Source of the DNA: Blastocladiella emersonii ATCC 22665
Lineage: Eukaryota; Fungi; Blastocladiomycota
NCBI GenBank assembly: GCA_025594325.1
Contig: JANHCV010000005.1
Location: 682,001-746,000, forward strand
DNA length: 64,000 nt
Direction of reading: 5' to 3'
Below, piece after piece: positions 34,789-45,580 of the stretch (position 1 is the stretch's first letter; every line of letters starts with the position of its first letter). The translations under genes were made by a program, and so were the position numbers. The notes beneath the pieces were generated by a model. It was given only the letters and a program-made list of their open reading frames with translations, ran no database searches and was not told the origin of the DNA.

Positions 34789-36042
34789 ATGAGCGACGAG
34801 AAGCCCAAGACGCGGCGGCCCGCCAGTCCGTTTCTCCCCTTCCCTTACGATCTGCGTGGGACCCCGTAGCTCACCGCCGCGCTGTGTGTAGACACGGCGT
34901 TCAAGCAGCAGCGGCTCAAGGCGTGGCAGCCGCTGCTGACGCCCAAGTCGGTGCTCCCAACGCTGTTCATCCTCGGCGTCATCTTCGCGCCGCTCGGCGC
35001 GTTCCTGCTGCACACGTCCAACTCGGTGACCGAGCTGATCATCGACTACACGGACTGCGCCGTCGACGCGGGCACCGCGTTCCGCGCACCGTCCAAGATG
35101 GTCACGGCGTTCAGCGCGCCTGGCGTGTCGGGCAGCGGCGACCTCAACTTCCAGTGGAAGTACAAGAACGCGACGACCTCGTCCGCGAGCGACCGCAACA
35201 CCTGCACGGTCCAGTTCAACCTGCCCGTGGCGCTCGACAAGTCCGTGTTCCTCTACTACCGGCTCACCAACTTCTACCAGAACCACCGCCGCTACGTCAA
35301 GTCGTTTGACGCGGCCCAGCTCAAGGGCCAGCCCGTCACCGCCGCCGCCGTCAAGACCAACTGCCACCCGCTCGGCCAGATCGGCGACACCAACGCCATG
35401 TACTACCCGTGCGGCCTCATCGCCGACTCCATGTTCAACGACACGATCAAGGACCCGGTGAGCAGCTCGGGCCAGACCTACACCTTCTCGCCCAAGGGCA
35501 TCGCATGGCCCGCCGACGCCGCCAAGTACGGCGCCCCCGCCAACTTTGACCCGGCGACCCACATCCCGCCGCCCAACTGGGTCAAGCGCTACAACAACGG
35601 CACGGGCAAGTACGACAAGGCGCCCGACCTCGCCAGCGACGAGCGGTTCCAGGTCTGGATGCGCACCGCGGGGCTGCCCAACTTCCGCAAGCTGTACGGC
35701 CGCAACGACAAGGACATTCTCGCGGCCGGGACTTACACCATGGAGATTGAAGACAGTACGTTTTGCCCGCTCTCGCTTGACGATCGCTCGCGCTCACTCA
35801 CACTCGCGCCCGCTCTCGTAGACTTTGAGGTCAAGTCGTTTGGCGGGACCAAGTCGGTGGTCATCTCGACCGTCTCGTTCATGGGCGGCAAGAACCCGTT
35901 CCTCGGGTACGCGTACATTGTCGTCGGCGCCGTGTGCATCATCCTCGCCGTCGTGTTCGCCGCGCGCCACCTCTACTCGCCGCGCAAGCTCGGCGACCAC
36001 ACGTACCTGTCGTGGAACCACCAGCCGCCGCCGGCCCAGTAG
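34789..36042 (+). CDS. CDC50: Cdc50/Lem3 flippase beta subunit; exons 34789-34825, 34892-35755, 35822-36042
   Basis: P.NTAFKQQRLKAWQPLLTP, YYRLTNFYQNHRRYVKS, YYPCGLIADSMFNDT, FQVWMRTAGLPNFRKLY and GGKNPFLGYAY. Confidence 0.95.
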
Positions 36043-36120
36043 TCGTAACCTGTTCGTCGTTTGCTTCGCGCCCTCTCGTTCTCTTTGTGTCTTGCTGCTC
36101 TAAAATACAGATCTATTCAC

Positions 36121-37176
36121 TCACTCGAACAGCCCGCCAAACTCGTCGCTGACGCGCACCCGCCGCTTCTTTACCACCACCTCGTCCGCGCGCGCAACCA
36201 CCCGCCGCGCCTCGTCCCACAGGCAGTACGGCAGCCCCGCGACCGCCTCCCACCACGCGACGCGCGGCACCCCGTCGAACCACGCGCCCGCCGCCGCGTG
36301 GCACTCGGCCAGCGCGTAGCACGGGACCCGCGCGTTCAGGTGGTGCACGTGGTGGAACTCGAGCCCCGCCGTCACCCACGCCGCCCAGCGGGGCAGGACG
36401 AGGAGCGACGAGCCGTGCACCGCGCTCGTCACGGGGTCCCAATCCCCCGAAAGCGAGGAACGGCCGCGCCACGTCCCGCGGAACGTGTGCTGCACGTTGA
36501 ACAGCAGCATTCCGATCCCGGCGCCCGCCGTCGCCGTCGCGAGATCCCACGCCAGCGTGCCCCGCGCGGTGTGCGCGAAGATGACCAGCACCTCGATCGC
36601 CCACTCCCACCAATTGACGCCCGGCGCGACCTGCTGCGCGACAAAGTAGAACGCCGCCGGGACCACGCCGGATAGGAACGCGGCGCGGCTGTGCATCCCG
36701 GCGTATGCGGCGCGCGCGGGCCACGATGCCGCCGCGTACCCCGCCGTCGTCCACCCGGCGTCCAAAGCGTCCAGGTCGTTCACATGCAGGTGGTGGTACC
36801 CATGCGTCCGCCGCCAGAAGCTCGCGGGCGTGTACGCGGCGGCGGGCATCAGGAGCGACGCGCCGACGTGGTTGAGCGTGGGGGAAGGGAAGTACGCGCC
36901 GTGCGCCATGTCGTGTGCGAGGATGAACAGGCGCACGCGCAGCGCGACGGCGAGAGGGAACGTCGGCCATAGCGCGAGGTATTGCAGGCCGAGGTACGGG
37001 AGCAGCGTGATCAGGAGCTCGAAGGTTGAGCGGGACCACGACTGTGCGCCCGCGTACGCCGCGGCGTGCGCGCGCAGCGCCGCGTGATACTCGCGCGGGA
37101 CCGGGCACGCGAGCGGGAGCGCCGAGAGTGGCAGCTGGGCGAGCGGGGAGGTCGGCGAGGGCGCGGTAGCCGGCAT
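36121..37176 (-). CDS. Membrane fatty-acid desaturase of bacterial Des/DesA type; intronless
   Basis: His boxes FILAHDMAHGAYF, WRRTHGYHHLH, LFNVQHTF and FHHVHHLNARVPCY. Confidence 0.9.
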   Translation of the reverse strand: MPATAPSPTSPLAQLPLSALPLACPVPREYHAALRAHAAAYAGAQSWSRSTFELLITLLPYLGLQYLALWPTFPLAVALRVRLFILAHDMAHGAYFPSPTLNHVGASLLMPAAAYTPASFWRRTHGYHHLHVNDLDALDAGWTTAGYAAASWPARAAYAGMHSRAAFLSGVVPAAFYFVAQQVAPGVNWWEWAIEVLVIFAHTARGTLAWDLATATAGAGIGMLLFNVQHTFRGTWRGRSSLSGDWDPVTSAVHGSSLLVLPRWAAWVTAGLEFHHVHHLNARVPCYALAECHAAAGAWFDGVPRVAWWEAVAGLPYCLWDEARRVVARADEVVVKKRRVRVSDEFGGLFE

Positions 37177-37513
37177 CCTGGTTGCTGTGCTTGCTGGTCA
37201 GGGCTGGCGGGAAGGGCGGGGGCCGGGGGATTTGTACGCACGACGGGCCGCGCTAGTTGCCAGCGCCGCCGTGTAGGGCGGATCGGGCCGCGTTGCATCG
37301 AGTCGCGGTGTGTTCATTGCATGATATGCCACGTTCTACTCGGGGATCGTGGAGAGGAGAGGGCGGCGCGTGGCGAGATGAGCCACACGACGGGCGCGGC
37401 GAGGCCTGTCACAGCAATCGTGTTGAGAGCCAGCCCACAGCCAGCCCATCACGCCTCGTCAGGAGCGCCGTAGGCTTCCACTCCCGTAGTCGACGCTCAC
37501 ATCAGCAACTGCC

Positions 37514-39854
37514 ATGATAGACCTGATGCAAACGAATGAAAACGATCCGCTTGGCTTGGCCCAGCTTCCCGTAGAGCTGGCGAGCGTCGTGCTCCAACTC
37601 GCGGAACCGCGCGTTGCGATCGCGGCCGCCTCGACCTCGCTGTACGCGGCCGCTCTCGACCACCATGTTTCCTCGACTTGGACTATCGACGCAGTCACTC
37701 GTTTTGCCACGTGGGACCTCGACTGCTGGGTCCCCTCGCCCTGTGCTGCAGCGGGCCGAGTTCTCGGCTTCAAGCGCAAACCTCGGCTGAAAGGCGAGTA
37801 CGCCAAAAGCGGCGAACCGTTCGACCACGCTCCGCCGCCCACGTCGCTTCTTGTCCACTTGGCCACGGTCTTGTGTCGCAAAGCGCGGACGCACGACCTC
37901 GACTTGGCGACGCTCTCCCAGCGCTTGATGACGTTGCGCTCCAACCGGTCCAACCGAATTCTCAAAAACCCGCTTCCCATTCTCGCGCAGCTCTTGATCG
38001 CGGCCGTCGTGTTCGACTGGTCCGATTCCCTGCAGCCGTCTCTCGACATTGTTTTCGCCGCGGTCCCCGAACTGCTCGAATTCAAGCTACAGCTTGCGGA
38101 ATGGCTGACGCTCGTCCACGGCTACTTTCCAAAGTCTGTCGAGGACGAGGATTTCCGGAAGTTGGTCGTACCGACTTGCCCATTGCGACTCATCGACGCC
38201 CTTGCATTTTTTGCAGCCTTGTCATGGAAATCTCACCCCTTCCGAACGCTAACTGACAATGCACGGTATGGCGTGGACACGATTACGCTCGCAGCACTCC
38301 TGTCTACAGAGGGACTATCGGGTCTACTGCTAAGCGTCGCACGCATCATTGACTCAGAGGTCGGCCTCTTCGACGCCGTTAACCGTTTCAAGGACATCTT
38401 GCTTTGGATCTTCAGACGTGTACCCCAAATGCCGACGACGGTCCGAGATGCTTACGTCCACATGGCGTTCAACGCGCTGCCCGACACCTTCTTCCCGCTC
38501 CTTGAGCAGTCTCCGGCCCAAGTTGTGGCCGCTTTCCCCATCGACCCACAACTCCAGGATACATGCATTGCTCTTTGGGACAACCATCTCGATGATCGTG
38601 TCGACGAAACCTCTCGTCAAGCAGGGGCGCACATGGCTGCATCCTGGTTTTTTCAAGGTCTTTCGCCCCAACAGATCGATCTGCTGGAGACCCACCAACT
38701 CTTCGCGCCCAAGTGGCATACTCTCATGATCGGCTGCGTCATTGCTTGTTCCACGCACAGCGACAAAAACGACGAGTATCTGCAGAGGATCCTCGACCGA
38801 TACATGCTGCCCGAGGGATGGAATGCGACGATATTGGCGGGTACGCACGGATTCTCATCGTCCCTCAAAATTTGGCTTCACGACTCACTCGTCTGGCGTG
38901 GATGTGCGCGCAATTGTAGCTGCTCGCGCCCATCGTTGGTGGTGCACGCGAGAAATTTACCGCATCCTTTGGTACGCGCTCCCGCCTGGTCGCGGCAGCG
39001 CGTGTCAGCTCACGTTGACCGACTTTCTCGACGACTATGTCAAACACCTCCGTGCGGAAGGGCTTGGCAATACGCCAATTGATTTTCTTTTCAACGAGCG
39101 CAGCGGCCTTGTGCTCCCTGATGACCACATTGAGTACCTGGCCTCGAATCCGCAAAATTGCGACGTGATCCAGTCCTCGCTCGATCTCACTTTGCTTTTC
39201 TTCGTTGCGTTTTCTGATTCCGCGGCCCGGCACCGCCTCATTAAGGCTATGGAGTGGGAGCGGCCTCCTGTTGCGCACCTGTACCTCCGCATCGTCATGC
39301 AAACGGTGTGCGTGCCCAACATGGGCCTCATTGCGCGCAAACGACTTGCCTCCCTGCATGCAACCAACGTCCAACTCTGTCCCGAGTGTCCCCTTGTCGC
39401 ACAGCAGCGTGTCTGGTGCAACATCGTGGAGACGCTGTTTGACCTGTGCAAGCCGGCGCATTTGAGTGCAGCCTTCCCGTCCATCAACAACTTGTGGTCG
39501 CACGTCGGCGTCGTGGAAAAGGATTGCTCCTGCAGGCCGCCCATCTCGACCTTCCCCATCGTGCACGTGCTATTCAGTTGCGACCCGCAGCGGGCGTTTG
39601 ACACGCTGCACGCCGAAATCTACTCGGACTCGAGCTACTTCTCGATCTACCTCTTGGACCACGTCCCGAGTGGCACCGTTGACAGTCGCGCCGAACCACA
39701 GGTGATCGCAAACATGATCAGACACCTCTACTTTAAGGTTGGAGCAATTTGCTTCGCGGACTGGCTTCATGAGCATTTTGTGCGGCTCGCACCCGAGGCC
39801 GCCAAGGTTGTCACGCTTGACCTGCGCTCACCTGCCCCGCTGGGCTCCGCTTAA
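37514..39854 (+). CDS. Family X copy C, the only intact member (about 753 aa): F-box-like N-terminus plus unknown helical and CxxC domains; exons 37514-38840, 38920-39854
   Basis: LAQLPVELASVVLQLAEPRVAIAAASTSLYAAALD. A 79-nt GTACGC...TAG intron (38841-38919) joins ORFs 37514-39082 and 38742-39854 in frame. Copy D has a phase-1 intron at the same site. Confidence 0.8.
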
Positions 39855-40261
39855 CTTTAGTGCTAGCGCGTGTTTGACCTGAAAGTCGGCTGCATGTTCT
39901 GTTGTTGTTGTTACGTTCCTCTTCTAGTTCATAAAATGATTTTAAGTTGATTTCCACGCGTGGCGAAACGTGATTTACATCGACCGGACGCGAACAGATT
40001 CATATAGCGCGTCGATCAGGTGCACGTGGCTCACATGATATCGCAACGCGTCGACGCGACGCGTCTCCGTTTGAAACGGCTTCTTCAATAGCTTGACCAC
40101 AATCGCTATCGATCCACAATGTCAGTATATAGAAGAAGTAAACGATTGTATTGAGCAAGTTTGTGAGAAGTGGATTGCTAAAAGTCGAGGTTTCTTCAGT
40201 GCCTTGCGAGCGATTCCTTGATCCGCGTCGAGCCGTGCCCGCGCCAACATCTGAAAATCAA

Positions 40262-40700
40262 TCAGCAAGTGAGTTTTGCGAGAAAATCAGGGTCCACCAG
40301 ACCGTCCAGCGCGCCGCTTGGTATCAGATGTAGCACGTCCGACGAGAGGGCGCCAAACACGACCTCGTCCCTGAGCGACTCGAACATGCGATCGCGATCG
40401 CTTCTGAGCAGAATGCGCACGACGAATTGAGCAGTCCTAAACTTATTGGACGGCGCGCAATCGCACGCGGCGCCGCGGTGATGGACTTCAGCGTGTCCGC
40501 ACAGCCACGACCAAACCTTGTTGACGCGCGGAAGCAGCGATCCAAGCCGCTCTGTGTCGCAAGACTCGAGCAAAAAGTTGACGAGGAGGCGCCAAATTTC
40601 CTGGACCTCGAGCGGGCAGTTGGAACAAACTCCTGCTGCACGCTTGTTCAAGCAGCGGTGCCGCTCGGGCTCGCACGAGAGCCGAAAAGACAGGCGGCAA
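40262..40700 (-). pseudogene. Family X copy F: C-terminal fragment in tandem behind copy D
   Basis: VCSNCPLEVQEIWRLLV, DRDRMFESLRDEV and IPSGALDGLVDPDFLAKL, then TGA at 40262-40264. Confidence 0.75.
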
Positions 40701-40957
40701 CAGAGCTAGTGTGGGGTGCGATTACAGCGCTGACCACTTTGTCCAATCGCAAGCCGTCGACGCGTATTCGAGTTCGCGAGCCCTCACAGCTCGCACTTTG
40801 CCCTCGTGATAACTGGTGAGTCGTTGGCGTCGTCTCGCGACTCGCGAAGCAGACGTGGCGAAGAGTTAAAAGAGTAGAAGGTACAAGAACGTTGATGTCG
40901 TGATAGAATTCATGTATTCGGCTCCCACAAATGATCAAGAAACGCGTTTCAAGTGCT

Positions 40958-43234
40958 TCACTTGAGTTCGGCCAACTTGGACGCGTTGGGCGCGAGCCGC
41001 GCAACCTCTCGAGCGACTAGACCTAGATCAACGGCCCCATCAGAATCGGCAAGCAGCTTGCGCACGAGGTCCAACAATTCGCTTGCCGATGCGAGTCCAT
41101 CCAGCGAGCCATCGGGAAGGATACGTAAAATTTCCTTGGATACGCCGCCGCCGTGGATCTCATCCCGCAGGGCCTCAAACGATCGCTGCGGGTTGCTTTC
41201 GAACAGGGCGCGGGCAAAGCACCGAGCGGAAGCGAGTCGGCCGTAAGAGCACAATGGTGTCCCAGCGTTGCAAACGGCGATCGTCTGGCACAAGCGCGAC
41301 CACAAACGATCAACATTTGGAGCAACCGAGCGTAAGTGCTCCAGACTGCACTTACTGGATAGTTTGTCGACGAGCTCGCGCCAATGGCTCTCCGCGGTCA
41401 CTGGGCATTTGTGGCAAGACGTGAAGCTAATGATGTACCTCGACTCCGCGTCTGTGGCGCCCTCGGGCGGAAGCATGGCCAGAAGCAACGCGCGAAGCAT
41501 CAGGTGCGCAGTCCCCGACTATTCAATAAGCTGCACGGTCTTGTTCGCATCCAGGTTTGCCATTGAGAAAACCAAAATCGTCGACAGATTGTTTGCTGTC
41601 GACCATGGAAGGGTGCGCGCTTCGAGGGAGTCGACCAGCAAAGCGAGAGTTTGGTCGTCAAGGAAGAAGTCGGGGTCGTTGTACTTGCGGCCGACTGACT
41701 TCTCCATGTAGTCGCGAATGAGGTCGTCGACCGTCAGTCGGCTGTCGCTGACCCGCTTCCGCCACGCTCGATGGAGAAGCGGAGGATGGCGTGGCCAATG
41801 CGGTGACGCTCCTGGGCGATCCGGCAAGCATCGTACGCTACGCGGACGAAACAGGTCAGTAGACTGGTCCGTTGAGTTCTTGGAGAGATGAGCGCGCGTA
41901 CCGTCCAGCATAAGGTGCTTCCAACTCTCGGGAGAATGCCGCTCGCGGAGTCGCGCAAGAAAGGCGAGCTCGTTTCGAGCAATCGCCGCGCCAAGCAGGG
42001 CGGGCCACCGCGCACGTGCGATTAGTCGATGTTTCTCGAGGAGCTCAAGGCTCTCAATAGGAAGATCGCAATCGAACCAGCGCACAATGAAATCGCCAAG
42101 CGGACAGAGCAAGACATCATTGCCCACGGTGGCAAGCATAAATATGGTTGCATCAAAGTCGTCGTCGTCGTCCTCGTCCTCGTCTTCCTCCTCCTCGGGC
42201 GTAAGCCAGTACGTGACTTAATCAGCAAACTGGGTTAGGAGCGGGATGAAGACCCTGTGCCCAAGACCAATGGCCAAGTGCACGAAGGTGACGCACGCGT
42301 GGAGCTCGACGGGACCATGCTGAAATATCCAGGCGAGGATGCCTGAGGCCCTTTCCACCGCGTCGACAACGGGAGCAGGTTTGGGCTGCTCGGCTCCAAC
42401 ATCGTGCATGACCAAGAACGAGTAGAAGACATAAATCGCGCCTTTTTGTCCAAAAAGCAACGACAAGAGTGCGGTGGTGTCAACAGCATATCAAGGGTCT
42501 CCAACGAGCAGCTGGAAGACCGAGCTCCTCCACGCCAGCACAGAAAAGTAGGCGAGCGCGTCAATGAGACGGACGGGCGACGTTGTCACGTCGTCCAGGC
42601 GAGGGAAGCGGTTTTCTGCGAGAAGGTCGTAAAACAAAGCGTCCCACTCCCCCAGCTGGAGGTCGCATTGCAGCAGGCGGCGCGATCCGGCAAGCGTCAA
42701 GTCGAGGAGCTGGCGTACGATGCTGGTATCTCCATCCAAGACAGCAGCCGCAAGGAGCCGCATGAGCGTCATTCGCGGGGAATGCAAAACGGGAGCGCTT
42801 ACATGACACAAGTCGCACGCGGGGACTTGCGAGACGACGCGGGTCGACCGGATTTGACGCAGAAGGAGGGCGGCGAGATTGACGAGAAGGGCCGCTGGTA
42901 CCGGATTGCGGCCGTCCGGCTTCATGCACGTTCCAGCCGGCAGATTGCGGATGAGGTCGGGGTCGAGCTTTACGCCAAGGAAGCAAGCCAAGTCGTCCTC
43001 CGACGAGCTCACGCTTTCCGTGAGCGCCGCGAGCTGGCAAACGAGGGCGACGGTCCAAGAGAAGCGAGTGAGGTCGTCGCGGGCAAACATGTGAAGCGAA
43101 GCCGACGATGCTGGGACAATACTGCGGGGTGCTGCGAGCCGAAGGACGACGCTCACAAGCTCGGCGGGGAGCCGTGCAAGGGCGAGGTCGTGGCTTTGCA
43201 TGTTTATTCCATCCGTTTGCATCAAGTCATTCAT
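40958..43234 (-). pseudogene. Family X copy D: full length but with three in-frame stops and one frameshift
   Basis: MNDLMQTD...LARLPAELVSVVLRLAAP; TGA 42491-42493, TAA 42218-42220 and TAG 41519-41521, each with homology continuing in frame; intron 41838-41901; frameshift near 41755; ends REVARLAPNASK. Confidence 0.85.
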
Positions 43235-43558
43235 TCCGAATCGGCGAGGATGCGGTTCCTTGAGGGTGAGAGGAAGTGGAGAGGAAGTGATTCGAGCGAG
43301 GGTCGCCATCCTGGTCGCCATCCCCTCGCTGTGCCCAGTGCCGCCACACCAAACGTGATTTCGCGACGCGTCCACAATCCAGCGGCCGTCCCGTGTCCAA
43401 ACGCACCATCCGCTCAAACGCACCATCCGCTCAAACCGTTCACCGAAGAGTTCGCCGGTGTGGCCACGTATGGCCTGACTCTGCGTCGCGTCTACGGACC
43501 GGCGTGCTAGTGCAAGTGCAACAAACATTCAAATGGTTTACCGCCACCCCGACTCCCC

Positions 43559-45283
43559 TCAGAACAGCCGCCAGAGACTCTCCGGCGCAGTCGCGTGCTT
43601 GAACCTTGCGTACCGTGCGCACGCCGCGTAGAGCGGGACTAGCCCGGCGGCCCAGACGGGGTACATGGCGGCGAGCGAGAGTCCGTCGCCGAGCACGCGC
43701 TTGACGGCGACGCCGAGGGCAAAGTAGAGGAGGACGTGTGCGAGGTAGAAGAAGAGCGAGGATTGGCCGAGCGCGACGAGCGCGCGCGTGGTGCGGCTGA
43801 CGGCAGAGGGCGCGCGGAAACTCGCGGCCAGGATCGCGTGGAACACGGCGAGCGTCGCGCACTGGAACGCGAGCGACGGCGGGTACTTGACGAGGGTCAG
43901 GAACTCGATCAGGGACACGGTGCAGGACTCGGGGTCGGCCGTCGTCGAGGCGTGAGGTGCGCCGGCGACGCGGATGTTACCCGTGCCGCCGATGAGACGG
44001 ATCACGACGAACGCGGCGGCGAAGGCAATCGCGAGGCACGAGTGCACCCTTGGCATTCTCGCCGCGGGGACGCCCTTGCTCCACAGCCCGTACGCGACGC
44101 CCCACAGCATCGGCGCGAGCCACGGGACGACCGGGTACATGACCTGCAGCGCGCCGCGCGTGTCGGGGACGAAGGCGAGGAGCCACGGGATCGCGGCCGT
44201 GTCGGACATGGGCGTCGCCGCGTACTGGTTGACGACGAGCTCGCAGAGGAGCGGAACTGAGACGGCGAGGAGTGCGAGCGCGGTTGAGATCCGGGCGGCG
44301 CCGAAGCGGGCGACGAGCCGCAGCGCGCCAACGGCCGTGGCCATGGCGACCATCATGCCGATGCCCAGCGCGTACATGACACCGAGCGAAAGCCGGACGC
44401 CGCTGAGGTCTACACCCCCACACGCGGTGTCAGCGCCATCACTCGTTCATCGGCGGGAAAACGTACGCTTATCGCTCGGGTTGACCCCGCGAAACATGAT
44501 CCCGTCGTTGAGCACCGACGCCGCGAGCGCGACGAGGATCCCGCCACGCACGACGCCGTGCCTGACCATCTTCCCGGCGGACCACCCGCGCGCGAGCCGG
44601 GACCGCGCGAACAGGACGTTGCCGAGACCCATGAGGAAGAAGAACCCGGGCGCGGCGAGATGCGTTATAGCGCGCGTGGCGAAAACGGCGAGCGACGCGT
44701 GGTACGACGGCAGCGGCGACTGCCAGTCCTCCTCGGCGCCGGGCCGCGCGTCTAGGTCCGCCGTCGAAAGGTACTTGCGCGCGTGGTCGAGCGACATGAC
44801 CACCATGATGACGCCGCGCGCCAGGTCGTACGCGGGGACGCGCGCGGTTGTCGCCGCGGCGGTGGCGGAGATGGGTGGTGGAAGCTCGGCGGCGGCGGAC
44901 GTGTACGATGGAACCGCGTCGGCAAGGAGCGGGGTCGTCTCGCTGACGTCGTCGAGCACGGGGATAGCGACCTGCGCCATCTCCTCCTTCGCCGCCGCCA
45001 CGGCAGCGGTGTTGCGCTTATCCGCGCCATCCTCAAGCGTGGCGGCGGCGGCCAGCGTCGAGTTACTCGCGAGCGACGCGGGCACGGGCTCGAGCGCGCT
45101 TCCCGCAAGCGACTCGGCGTCGCTCGGCCACGACCGGCGCAGCGTGCCGACGAGCGTGCCCGAGGACGAGTCCGAGTCGGATGCGGCCGAGAGAATGGAC
45201 CCGCGGTGGATGCGGCGCGGCGGCGCGGGGACGGGCAGTGGCCGCGCGGTCTCGCTGCTTGACGATGGCGATGGTGAATTCAT
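43559..45283 (-). CDS. DUF1624 / HGSNAT-like multi-pass membrane acyltransferase; exons 45283-44467, 44409-43559
   Basis: YDLARGVIMVVMSLDHAR, TRAITHLAAPGFFFLMG, FLTLVKYPPSLAF and LGQSSLFFYLAH; 57-nt intron. Confidence 0.85.
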
Positions 45284-45580
45284 GGTTTCGGGAGTGGTGG
45301 TGGCCCAGAGCAGCTGATAATGAGTGCGCTGCCTGGCCAGTGTGAATGCATTGCGAGAGCGAGGGGAGGGGGACGGCGCGAGTGCTCATGAAGCGCCGGC
45401 CGCGGGAGGAACAAGAATTCGGCGCGCCGTCGTGACCGCGACCAAGCCCACTCACGGTGCGGCGCGTCGCGTCACGTCGCGCGGTCAGCTGAACAGGCGG
45501 CAGGCATATGGGCCATCGCGTACATCGCGAACGTAGCGTCGTGGGGTAAAAAATCTGTCTATGTGATGGGATGAACGAAT

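Noticed and set aside
18321-43234. Stop-codon reassignment or readthrough (TGA as Sec/Trp/Cys) suggested by repeated in-frame TGAs in family X
   Set aside because: All three stop types occur, together with frameshifts and deletions. Housekeeping genes here terminate normally at TGA (PXR1), TAA (TUF1) and TAG (HMT).
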